From NCBI GenBank assembly GCA_052327205.1, contig CM126213.1:33790001-33854000 (forward strand): DNA of 64,000 bases, in the 5' to 3' direction. The translations under genes were made by a program, and so were the position numbers. This DNA is from Somniosus microcephalus. Taxonomy: Eukaryota. The notes under the pieces were generated by a model. The model saw nothing but the letters and a program-made list of their open reading frames with translations. It had not been told where the DNA came from and did not search any database. Below are positions 12,895-23,789 of this stretch, piece after piece (position 1 is the stretch's first letter; each line of letters opens with the position of its first letter).

Positions 12895-13820
12895 GGAAGC
12901 ATTGACCACCTCGATTGCATATTCCACGGATAGATTGGCCTTGGAGGGAGTGGAGCGCAGATTCACCAGAATGTTACCAGTCCTCCAAGGGTTAGCTTAT
13001 GACATTACATGAAGTAGGCTTGTATTCCCTGGAATATAGAAGGTTAAGGGGGTGATCTGCTGGAGGTTTTTAGGATTTTGAAAGGAATTGATTGGGGTAG
13101 TTAGTGAGAAACTTTTTTCCGCTGGTGGGGGGAGTCTAGGACAAGGGGACATAAACCTTAAAATCAGAGCCAGGCCATTCAGGAGAGAAGTTAGGAAACT
13201 CTCTTCTCTCTCTCTCTCTCTTAGGCAGTGCCTCGGAACCGAGGATGACTTGCTTCCACGTTAAAAATGAGTTTGCAGGTGACTGATGAGTCCAATGCGG
13301 GACCTACAGTCTCTGTCACAGGTGGGGCAGACGGTGGTTGAAAGGGCGGGTGGGTGGGGTGCTTGGGTTGACGTGCGCTCCTTGCGCTGCTCGCGCTTGG
13401 CTTCCGTTTGCTCCCGGCGAAGAGACTCGAGGTGTTCGGCGCCTTCCCAGATGCTTTTCCTCCATTTTGTGCGGTCTTGGGCCAGGGATTCCCAGGTGTC
13501 GGTGGGGATGTTACACTTTTTCAAGGAGGCTTTGAGGGTGTCCTTGAAGCGTTTTCTCTGCCCACCTGGGGCTCTCTCTGTTAGGAAACACTTCTCCAAG
13601 CAAAGGGTGGTAGAAGTTTGGAACTCTCACCCACAAAAAGCAGTAGAGGCTAGCTTAATTCATAATTTTAAATCTGAGATCAATAGATGTTTGCTTGCCA
13701 AGGGCGGATGGGGATATGGAGCCAAGGCAGGCAGATGGAGTTAGGATACAGATCAGCCAGGGTCTCATTGAATGGCAGAACAAGCTCGAGGGGCTAAATG
13801 GCCTACTCCTGTTCCTATGT
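12895..13820 (+). mobile_element. CR1 3' fragment interrupted by an RTE insertion
   Basis: CR1 ORF2 motifs on both sides (…ggagtctaggacaaggggacat…gttaggaaac | cacttctccaagcaaagggtggtagaagtttggaactctc…), then the 3' UTR. Confidence 0.9.
13200..13579 (-). mobile_element. RTE-clade LINE, 5'-truncated, with 10-bp TSD
   Basis: ORF 13261..13599 GGQRKRFKDTLKASLK…WESLAQDR…CPTCDRDCRSRIGLISHLQTH; (GA)n tail; TSD gttaggaaac at 13190-13199 and 13580-13589. Confidence 0.9.
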
Positions 13821-15025
13821 ATGAAATGAATTGGTGGTAATCATACCAATTGGTAGAAGGAACTTTAAAAAAAAAATTCCAAAAGATATTCCATTAGGTG
13901 CATGGGTGAATTGCTTCTATGTGCTGAGACAGTGCTGTAAACTGGGTAGGTGAGGCATCGAATGAAGGTGAGATGTCCCTTTCTTCTCTTTCTCGCCACC
14001 ACCCGCCTACCCCCCCACCCCCCGAAAAAAAAATTAAATTAAAAAGAAAACAAACGAGGGAAGGAAGATTAGAAGGCAATCACTCAACATGCTCCAATCG
14101 AACTCCCAGCAGTGGGAGTTGAAGAACCCTGGGAGCTGGTCACCATCCCAGACAGTTAGATAGTCATGTTAGAGATCTGGGTGAGGAGGGCATTAAAATG
14201 TAGCTTATGCTTTAAAAAATACAAAAGCTGTTTGAGCTGTTCACTGACATGAACCTGCATAAGGTTTGTACAGCTGTTAGATTGGCTTTTAGTTTGTCTG
14301 ATTGGCATTGATTACCTGCAGAAATAAAACAATCTTTGTGGCTTTCATGGAGTGTACAAAACCAGTACATTTCAATAAAGACTTAAAAATATGTTTTTAT
14401 AAGTCACAACAAAATAATAAATAAAACAAACAAAATATAAGTTTGATCGCCAAAGATTTTGGTGGTGCGCCTTTTTTTTATTTGGGGTTTTTCATCAATA
14501 GAATTGTCAACACACAAGAAGGCTTCAAACTCTGTGTTTTACACGGACTCATACCGAGGACCATCATTGGTCCATTGAGGGCTGTTCATTCTGGCACAGC
14601 GAACAAAGGATGGCAGGTGAGAGAGACACCTGATAAAGTGAGAGAAGACCAAACACAGACCTCATAGTACGGCGCCACGGTGGTGGTTAGGGATGTGCTA
14701 GTCACAGTTTCTATAGTTTCAGAAGGAGGTTGTCTTCTCCTGAGTTCGTGACCTGTAGTGGATACGGCACCAAATGGCTTCTTTAAAAATGAATGAGCTC
14801 TAGAAACTTGGCCAAAGTACTTTAAATGCGGATCTTATAGGCTAGGGTGGGAGTGTGTAGTGACCTCTCCTTGCACCTTATTAAAAATTCAGTAGAGTTG
14901 AACTTGTCCTGTAGCTGATGGATCTTATAGACATTAACAATTAGACATTGGTCCATAATACTGTAGCCATAATACTGTGTCTTTATTTTCTTTGAAGAAC
15001 CTTTGAGGATCTGAACTGTGCTTTC

Positions 15026-15325
15026 TTACATAGAATTTACAGCACAGAAACAGGCCAATCGGCCCAACAGGTCTGTGCCAGGGTTTATGCTCCACACGAG
15101 CCTCCTCCCACCCCTACTTTATCTCACCCTATCAGCATATCCTTCTATTCCTTTCTCCCTCATGTGCTTATCTAGCTTCTCCTTAAATGCATCTGTGCTA
15201 GTCGCCTCAACTACTCACTGTGGTAGCGAGTTCCACATTCTCACCACTCTCTTGAGTAAAGAAGTTTCTCCTGAATTCTCCATTGGATTTATTAGTGACT
15301 GTCTTATATTTGTAGCCCCTGGTTT
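15026..15325 (-). mobile_element. CR1 3' fragment
   Basis: Minus-strand translation KTRGYKYK…EFRRNFFTQ; tail tacatagaatttacagcacagaaacaggcc. Confidence 0.85.
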
Positions 15326-17959
15326 TCAGTCTTGGACCACAAGTAGTGAATGCTTGGCTTCCAGGCAGGCTGTGAATTTGATTCAGCGAGCTGCCCGGCC
15401 CTGCCACCTCTCAGTTCACGTGGAGCGAGTTCCAGCCGCTGCTGCCCTGAGTGCAGAGCCCCATAAGGAGGAGGTCCATGAGAGTCCGCCTTGCCCCTTT
15501 ATCGGCCAGCCTGAGCAGCCAACTAGCCAGAGGGTGACTGAAAGTGCCGGGGGTTGTGGGACAAGATCATGGCCTCGCCCCTCACACCGGTCTGTTAGTC
15601 GGGGGAGGGGGGGGGTGCGAGGCAAAGTATGCAGCAGACAGTGGCTCAACACAGGAGGACAAATTAATAAATAAGTAAGAGGCTCTTATTCGGATCCTTA
15701 AATAGAATATCCTACAAGATATTTTCACAAGCCCCTGCAGCAATAAACTCTGCATCTCCATATCCGTTTTTTTGGCGTGGAATTGGTTGAGACAGAGTGA
15801 CATTTTGTCGATACGTTGTGGTATTGCACCCGTGTATGAATCCATTAGTTTTTTTTTGGCGGGGGGGGGGGGGGGGCGAAGGTAGGGTGAAATTGCTGGA
15901 CCATGTTGGGTAACCTGACCTTTTTATTAATGTCAAAAGTCACAGAATCCTGTGGCATGAAATGAAAATGGGTCAGCGTGAGAAATGTAATGTTTTTGCC
16001 CTCTTCCCCATGCCGTTTCTAATTCAATAATGATAATCAACAAGAAGCATGGATATGCGGAGAAATGACAGCCCACAGCACACAGGCAGCTCGGGCTGGC
16101 TCTTAACCCCTTAAAGCGGCGTCGACACACTCTGCAATGAAAGTAAGCCATCCAGCCTGATTATCTACACATTGTCCCAAATTGCCTTTTTTCAAGGGGG
16201 TGGTGGTGGAGGAAAGAGATTTTTCTCTGTCCATTGTTTGCAGTGAGATTGTGAACACGTTAGTTCGACTGCTGTTTTCAATTTTGCTATAAATAGCCTT
16301 CTCCCATTAGGATTCAGTACTTTTACAGAATTCTAATAATAATGATCAGCATTAAAATGCAGGGCTGAAGCACAAACCGATTTAAAAAAAAAATGTTTTA
16401 AAATCGCTGGCAAGTTATTGCTTGTTGTTTGGGCTGTCTCGGGCAAAAGAAAATGTAGTTTCTGCAAGAACATACTTGACGACCATTCTGATTTAATCCG
16501 GCATCACCCAGGTCTGCAGTGTCTTGCCCAGAATCTAGATTTGCCACAGTATTTTAAGAATTTTTGCAAGATATTTCCCCCTCTCCACACCCCAAAGGGA
16601 AATTTGTCAGAATATTGCCCTGTCGCAAATTATAATGTTTCGTTGTGCAGTAAATTACCGACGAGATGTTTGAGGCCTTTCGTACTATTCTGCGGGGGGT
16701 TTTTTTAACTTTAGGACACACCAGTATAAAAAGGGGAGTTCCCCCCCTCCCACCCTCCCCCAGCCCTTTCATGTGAGGTTCTCCTACCCCCCATTACAGA
16801 CTCGTGTACACACACGCGTACGCTCACTCACGGATAACTGTACACACATATGTATCGCCCACATTGACACGAGCGTGCTGTCACTCAGCTCAAATATCAG
16901 CTGGGTACGAATGCTGGAATCGAAGACCCTGTCGAGCCAGTCAGAAGAAAGACGGTAGCTTGAGGTTCTGGGTCCCTCGCTAGCGGATGTTCTGCTGCCC
17001 CGAGCCCTGAAACAGAAACACCACCATGTGCCGCGACCCGTCCGTACTCTGGTATTTGGCAAAAGTACAGCCGACTATCCGACGAAGGGACAGACTGCCA
17101 CACTTTTTGCAAATGACTCGTTTCCGAAACTGGGAAAGTTGCGGGGGACAGGCTCGTGGGCCTGACGGCACCGTCCCCTGTCTAAAAGAAACATTTTCAG
17201 GAATTCCCTGGGCCTTCTGAGGTCTCTGAATCCCAGGTACAGGGGGTGGGGTGGGGGGACATGGTAAATTCCCTGAATTGTATAATGGTGTGACAGGCAG
17301 TTTGAGAAATTCCCATCGAAAGAAATGAGGAAAAGGGGGGGGGGGGCGAGCAGGGGGAGGCGCGGCAGGGGGAAATGAGACCCAGGTTACAGACCCCTTA
17401 GTAAAAGAAAAGAATCGATTGCCTTTCTGTGTTTGTGCTGCTCTGTCTAACAAACGCGAGGAAAACAGCACAAGGTGATGATAGTAGGGAGCACTTCAGC
17501 TCTCGATTGATTTTATGACTGTGTTTCTATCTCTTGAAATGGTGCACTGGCCCATTGTGTCAGATCAATGGGCACTTTGACTACTGCTGGTTAGAAGCTG
17601 GAAATCAAGTGGTAAAATATGCAAATCATCAGGTAGAAATTAATCAGAACGCCCAGAAATGCAATCAAGTGCATGTAAGTGTATTCAATCGAGTAGGTTA
17701 TGTTAACATAGGGAGTCAAATAAAGGGACAACTTTAGCCTCTTCCATAAATAAGTGGAGGATGCAGTTAAGTGGTCGGTAGTCCTGTAACTTAAGCATTT
17801 TTTTTTTACCTTCTGTCGAAGCCGATCCTCACAGGAAATGAGGAGAGCGGTAAAGTCGAGTGAAGGAGCAGAGGAGGAGGCTGCAAGGGTACTTACGGAA
17901 AACCAGAGAAAGCATTCCCCAGCGGCTCTCACTATTTATCTGCTGTGTTGCCGATTCCC

Positions 17960-18165
17960 GGCAGGTCGGGAAGGTTCAGGATTGATGGCTTGTCTGTGCC
18001 GAGCTGCTTGGAGGGCACCGCAGCTGGCCTTGTCCCCGGGGTCAGGAAGTGGGGAAAATCGACCAGGGGTTGTGCTGATCGCCCTCCAGCGACTTCTGCT
18101 GGAAGTGCGTGTGCGTAATGCTCGCTGTCTATATTCACACACCGCTACTTGGGCAAGGCACCAGA
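17960..18165 (+). mobile_element. Old tRNA-derived SINE-like repeat, degenerate
   Basis: ggaaggttcagg…tgtctgtgccgagct…ggggaaaatcgaccagggg…ctgatcgccctccagcgac…ctgctggaagtgcgtgtg. Confidence 0.55.
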
Positions 18166-18173
18166 CGCTACAT

Positions 18174-18610
18174 GTCAGCCGTGGCTCAGTGCGTAGCACT
18201 CTCGAATCTCGGTTAGAAGGTTGTGGGTTCAAGTCCCACTCCAGGGACTTGAGCACAAAACCTAGCGCTGAGGGAGTGCTGCACTGTCGGAGGTGCAGTA
18301 TTTCAGATGAGACGTTAAACCGTCTGCTCTCTCGGGTGGACGTGAAAGATCCCATGGCACTATTTCGAAGAAGAGCAGGGGAGTTATCCCCGGTGTCTGG
18401 GTCAATATTTATCTCTCAACCAACATCACTAAAAACAGATTATCTGGTCATTATCACATTGCTGTTTGTGGGAGCTTGCTGTGCGCAAATTGGCTGCCGT
18501 GTTTCCTACATTACAACAGTGACCACACTTCAGATAGTACTTCATTGGCTGGAATTGAACTTTGGATCGTCCTGAGGTTGTCAAAGGTGCTATATAAATG
18601 CAACTTCATT
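18174..18610 (+). mobile_element. Deu-domain SINE (SacSINE1-like), near full length
   Basis: tRNA-like head (A box tggctcagtgcg, B box ggttcaagtccc), central Deu-like block, L2-like tail aaaggtgctatataaatgcaa. Confidence 0.9.
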
Positions 18611-19130
18611 TTTTCATTTATGTGGAGCTGTACTAAAGGGGGAGAACGTTGGTGAGAGGGTGAGAAGGAGAACTCAGTGCGCAGGCATAATAAAACTGAC
18701 CCCAGCCCAGGCCAGCCACAGGTCACTGGGCCTTCCCTTCCTTCACCATGGATTGTCAATGGGGACTCGCACACGAGCGTTTTACAAAGTTTTAATTGAA
18801 GTTGTGCTGAACCTTGGTTGTTTTCTTTTTTGTTGTTTGTTGAAAATTTTGACAGGAACTCGGCTCAGCTCCCAAGATTTCTTCGCTAGGAGCTGCTGGC
18901 AGGGAGCTGAAATCAGGAGTAAGCACTCGAGAGTTTGGCAAGGAAGCGTGCGTTAACAATATCTACAAGGTGTGATTGAAGCAGGAGCTAAATTTAACTG
19001 TAAAAGATGTGGCTCCTGCAGCACACAGCTCTCGAGCTCCCTTTTTCATTCCAGGCCAAAGGCTGTGGCTCCGGATCAGCTGCATCACTGTCCTGCCCAG
19101 TGTCCGAGATTTCACCCTGGTTAGCATGCT

Positions 19131-19436
19131 TCTTAGGCAGTCCCTCGGAACCGAGGATGACTTGCTTCCACATTAAAAATGAGTTCTCAGGTGACTGATG
19201 AGTCCAATGCAGGACCTACAGTCTCTGTCACAGGTGGGGCAGACAGTGGTTGAAGGGGCGGGTGGGTGGGGTGCTTGGGTTGACGTGCGCTCCTTGCACT
19301 GCTTGAGCTTGGCTTCCGCTTGCTCCCGGCGAAGAGACTCGAGGTGTTTGGCGCCTTCCCGGATGCTTCTCCTCCACTTTGTGCGATCTTGGGCCAGGGA
19401 TTCCCAGGTGTCGGTGGGGATGTTGCACTTTTTCAA
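19131..19436 (-). mobile_element. RTE-clade LINE 3' fragment (second copy)
   Basis: ORF 19173..19436 is highly similar to 13261..13599; same 3' hairpin cctcggaaccgagg. Confidence 0.9.
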
Positions 19437-19454
19437 TGTTACACTTTTTTAATA

Positions 19455-19686
19455 GATTGCCTTCAGCTGCCTAGGCCCACAGCTCTGGAATTCCCTCTCT
19501 AAACCTCTCCACCTCTCCCTCACCTCCTTTAAGCCGTTCCTTAAAACCAGCTTCTTTGACCAAGCTTTTGCTCCCCTGTCCTAATATGTGGCTCGCTGTC
19601 CAGTGTTGCCTGATAATCGCTCCTGTGAAGCGCCTTGGGTTGTTTTACTGCGTTAAAGGCGCAATGTAAATGCAAATTGCTGTTGG
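19455..19686 (+). mobile_element. L2 LINE 3' end
   Basis: gccttcagctgcctaggccc…ttaaaggcgcaatgtaaatgcaaattgctgttg. Confidence 0.85.
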
Positions 19687-20048
19687 TATTGAAATTGTAA
19701 ACCGGCTCTTTATAACATGGTTTACAATTCCCTTACACACAGTGCTGGGAGGAAATGGCCCCTCACACAGAAGTTTAAGAGGCTGTGATGAAGATTGCCA
19801 CCCCTGCTATGTGTATTTAAACTTGCAATTACTGCTTCGCCCAGACATTTGCAGGGCAAGACAAATTATTCTGTATTACGTCTGCGTTCGTTAATTCTCT
19901 GAGTCACCAGAGCCGGGCGATCCATTGGATGATCCGTTGATTGTTTAATGTTCTGATCTCGGGACGGTACGAATGTTCACTCTAACTGCCGCATGTAGTT
20001 TTCAAACCTCACTCACAAAGTTACCACACATGCTCTCCTGGGGGGGGG

Positions 20049-20285
20049 GGCGGGATTTTGACATTTTGGGCGATAGTGTAAAACGGGGCCGGATCAGATC
20101 GGATCGGATCAGCCGCCGGTTACACACCTCTCCTCGATTTTCATTTCAATGGCCCCAGCTGGCCGGCTTTACAATGGGGAAAAAAACCACGCATGCGCGG
20201 AAATTTGAAGGGGGGGAGCGTGTACCCAAAGAGGGAACGTCGATCACGGGCGGCTGATCCGATTACAACCTGTTTTACACCCCTC
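20049..20285. mobile_element. Palindromic MITE-like element
   Basis: Inverted arms gtgtaaaacggg…ggatcagccgcc / gggcggctgatcc…ctgttttacac; same family as 34545-35150. Confidence 0.65.
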
Positions 20286-20462
20286 CCATCTCTGTCTGTG
20301 TAGTTTGACCAGCCTTTTTATTCCGTCCCCTCCTGGAGAACCTAAAGCAGATTTAAGGCTCCACTCCAGACCCCCAGAGTCCTTCCTACCTTCTTCAGTG
20401 GCCGCTAATGTTTTGCAGCAGACCTCCAGCTGACTAGAAAGAATGACTTCTCTTTTTCTTTT

Positions 20463-20486
20463 TGTGTGTGTGTGTGTGTGTGTGTG
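20463..20486. repeat. (TG)n microsatellite
   Basis: About 12 TG units. Confidence 0.95.
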
Positions 20487-21799
20487 ATCCGACCACTGTA
20501 ATAGGAAAGAGTCGGTGGTGGGGGTGGTGGGGGGGCGCGGAAAAACAAGGTATCCATTTAAACCACCTCTGAGGTGCAGGTCAGATGGAACCTTTCATGT
20601 TGTTTCTGCCGCACCGGCTTGAAGTAGCCACGGGTGCCGAAGGAGACAGTAATCCTTTTGTCGGACAGCTCCGGTTAGAACCTGAGTTCACGTCACTTCT
20701 GGTTGTGCAATAAAGATCAAAGGAAGAAAAGAAAAACATCGGCAGCGATACTGCCAAAAAAAAAGCCATTCTTCATAATAAAACAAGGTGACCAGGTAGG
20801 GGGAAGAAAAAGCAAACTCCTTTCGTAGTCATTTAGAGGTGGAATTTATTTTATATGACAGTGTTTTTCATGTGTCAGAACCAGGAGGGTGAGATTATAA
20901 TCAAACCAGATTCAAATAACTTGTCTTTCTGGTTTGCTGTCTTTTCCATTTCAAGTATTTTGCGGCAAAAAGGGAGGTTTATTTATTTTTTCCGCTTATT
21001 TCATTATTTTTTTTTTAACCCTGTTGTCAAATATTTTTTAAAAAGCCTGCCTGGATCACCAAAGCCATGACCTGACACTTATGGGATGGTAGTGCGTGAA
21101 CATTCAAAAGATGCGTTTGAAAGTCCTTCCTCTGCGACATTAACGGAGGCCTTCCCGGTTATGGATAACTGTGTTAGTCACTTGGTTAAACGGAGGGAAT
21201 AAGGAAATTTATCCAAACGCGTCGAGCACTTGCACGCCAGTAGCCCAGATTTTCACGGCCCCCGACATTAATTTTGCTCAGCAGCCTACGACAGATGAAT
21301 TTGTAACTCCCGGAGCAGGGAAGCTCATACTACACGCGTATATATAAATATATATAGTAACATGGAAAGGGCTTAATATTCTTCCCATCTTACCGTACGC
21401 AAGAATTGTCAGCCATGATGTCATTACAATATTCATAATAGGTAACAACTAGATCAATAAAGTATGAAAAGAAAATCCCTTTTTTCAATTAAGAAAAAAA
21501 AGTTTAAAACATTTTTTTTGGACGGAGAATGTAATATTTGCGGAAGTGAGGGGACAGTCTGCAACTTTGAGCATGATTAGTTTCACTGATGGAATCTCAG
21601 AGCCTCGAAGCTTTAGTTCCTTAAGGTGGGAGGCATATAAGTGAAACTCCCTTTCTGCCTTCACACCTTGATCTTGTGCTTTCCTCTTTCCTGTACTCCT
21701 CCAACACTCTCCTGCCCGGTCAGTCGTTTCTGAGCTAGAATGGTGCCCGAGGCTTCAAATCTTTGCCAAAGATCTTCTGGCTCTCCAAATTTAGAGGCC

Positions 21800-22128
21800 T
21801 TCAAGATTACGAATGGTTAAGACAAGGCGAAGTAGCGACGGATTGTTTCTACTGGTCAGGTGAGGGGAGAGCACAAATTTAAAATAAATGACAACAAAAA
21901 GAAGTGGGGGGGGGAAATCTTTACAGAGAGGGTGGTTAGAATCTGGAATTCTGCACCGCAAACCATTGATGCAGGAGTCCCATCAATTCTTTTAAAAGGG
22001 AATTATTTGTTTGATAAAGAGGAATATTAAGACGCGCAGGAAACTGGGATTAGACTAGTGGCTTGTGATGGACAACACTGGCGCAGGCTTGCTGGGCTGT
22101 TTCTTTATGCTGGGACATTCTACGATTC
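21800..22128 (+). mobile_element. Old CR1 3' fragment
   Basis: gagggtggttagaatctggaattct…; degenerate CR1 tail. Confidence 0.6.
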
Positions 22129-22552
22129 GAATTTCAGGCTTTTTGTTTTGTTTTCAAACATCCTAATGATAGAAGCGCGTCCTCTGAATAAATGAACGTG
22201 CTGCACTAAAAGTACCTGAATTGCACCATCTTGGTGAGTTCAGGTAAAAGGAGTTTGTTTGTCCACCAGTGGAGATGTAGGTTTGCCGACCCTTTAAAAC
22301 CCTTTCCTCTGGCATTTTCATTCCGTCGTATGATTTTTGAAAAAAAAATTTTTGTCGTAACACATTTAAAACTAAAAACAAAATGAAAGAATGGAATTGA
22401 GATTGTGAGACTGTGACATCAAAATAAAATTCCAAAAATAAAACATGATTGCATTATTAAAAAAGACCAACATTTTACAAATACATAGTAAGAACTACAG
22501 CAGAGTAACAGCACAGATAAGTGCAGTAGGAATAGCAACACTGAATAATAAA

Positions 22553-22725
22553 GCATCAAAGAGAGGAGAAATAGAGTCAACGTTTCGGGTCGAACCCTTC
22601 GTCAGAACTGACGACCTGAAACTTTTGACTGTTTCTCCTCTCTTCGATGCTGCCTGACCTGCTGAGTGTTTCCAAGCACTTTCTGTTGTTATTTCAGATT
22701 TCCAGCATCCGTATTTTGCGATTGT
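22553..22725. mobile_element. Penelope-like element (PLE) pLTR-derived fold-back insertion with 13-bp TSD
   Basis: Inverted arms gcatcaaagagaggagaaa…gtcaa / ttgactgtttctcctctcttcgatgc; TSD actgaataataaa at 22540-22552 and 22726-22738; body gatgctgcctgacctgctgagtgtttcc. Confidence 0.8.
22571..22610 (-). ncRNA. Minimal type I hammerhead ribozyme motif (PLE-associated)
   Basis: Minus strand reads CAGUU-CUGACGA-A-GGGU-UCG-ACCC-GAAAC-GUU^GACU: both core boxes, stem II, helix I AGUU/GACU and a loopless palindromic ACGU helix III. Activity is untested. Confidence 0.7.
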
Positions 22726-23281
22726 ACTGAATAATAAACATGGATCTCAACGAGGGAAGGAGAGCGAGAGGGAGGCCCCATCAGTGCTGCTCCATCACTA
22801 GACCTCAAGATGGCCAGAAAGGGTCCAGTTAAAATAGGCCATAAGAAGAAAGAAAAAAATGCCGATTCTCAAAGTTTACTTGTCATAAAGGGAAGATATT
22901 TATGTGGCAGAATGGTGGTGGTTTTGGCAAAAGTTTAGGGTATCATGGAAGTAAAAAATTCTTTCAACTCTCCAAACTAAACAGGCTGTGTTATTTTAAA
23001 TGAGTGAAACTTTGGCCAGTGTTCTTCCTTTGTAAGCGGATAGTTAATTGGTATGGTTATGTGCTGTAATACTAGTACTAGTGCGAGAGAAAGAGGCAAA
23101 TGAGCGCTCACTGTCCCTGGTCACTGCTATGCAGAATGACTCATAAAATGTTTGCTACATAAGGAAGCTGTTTGGCCTGTTGTACCAGTGTTCCGGTGCA
23201 AACTCCCTTGTTGGGGCTGCCTACCCTAATCGCACTTTCCTGCCCTTTCAACATTTTTCCCTTGAGTTTTATTTAATTTTG

Positions 23282-23659
23282 TCTCGCCTCGATTTTAAAA
23301 TTCTCATCCTTGTTTTCAAATCACTCCATGGCCTCGCCCCTCCCTATCTCTGTAACCTCCTCCAATTCTGGCCTCTCGCGCATTCCCCGATTCCCTTCAC
23401 CCCACCATTGGCAGCCGTGCCTTCAGCTGCATCGACCCTAAGCTCTAGAATTCCCTCCCTAAACCTCTCCGCCTCTCTCGCTCTCTCTCCTCCTTTAAGC
23501 TCCTTAAAACCTACCTCTTTGACCAAACATTTGGTCACCTGTCCTAATATCTCCTTATGTGGCTCGGTGTCAAATTTTGTCTGATAGCGTTCCTGTGAAG
23601 AGTCTTGGGACATTTTGCTACATTAAAGGCGCTATATAAATGCACGTTGTTGTTGTTGA
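23282..23659 (+). mobile_element. L2 LINE 3' fragment
   Basis: RLDFKILILVFKSLHGLAPPYL; ends ttaaaggcgctatataaatgcacgttgttgttgttg. Confidence 0.92.
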
Positions 23660-23789
23660 CTCGGGCTTAATAGTCGTAAGTGGTAAAGCATTATGAAAGC
23701 AAGTCCATGTCTTGAAACCCAGGTTTTTTTTTTATTGGTTTGCACTAGCTGTCAATACATTATAACCTGCATGTAACATGTGACACCCT

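Noticed and set aside
13280-13310. Hammerhead-like CTGATGA-GTCC…GGAC in the antisense RTE (also near 19195)
   Set aside because: The stem is followed by CTAC rather than GAAA, and the sequence is simply the reverse of the zinc-finger codons.
15018-15674. 218-aa ORF
   Set aside because: The first half is antisense CR1 and the remainder is low-information sequence.
18174-18250. tRNA gene (also 34637-34710 and 56917-56990)
   Set aside because: A and B boxes are present but run directly into SINE bodies, with no complete cloverleaf or terminator.
17838-18575. 245-aa ORF as a host gene
   Set aside because: It runs through two SINEs and has no recognisable domain.
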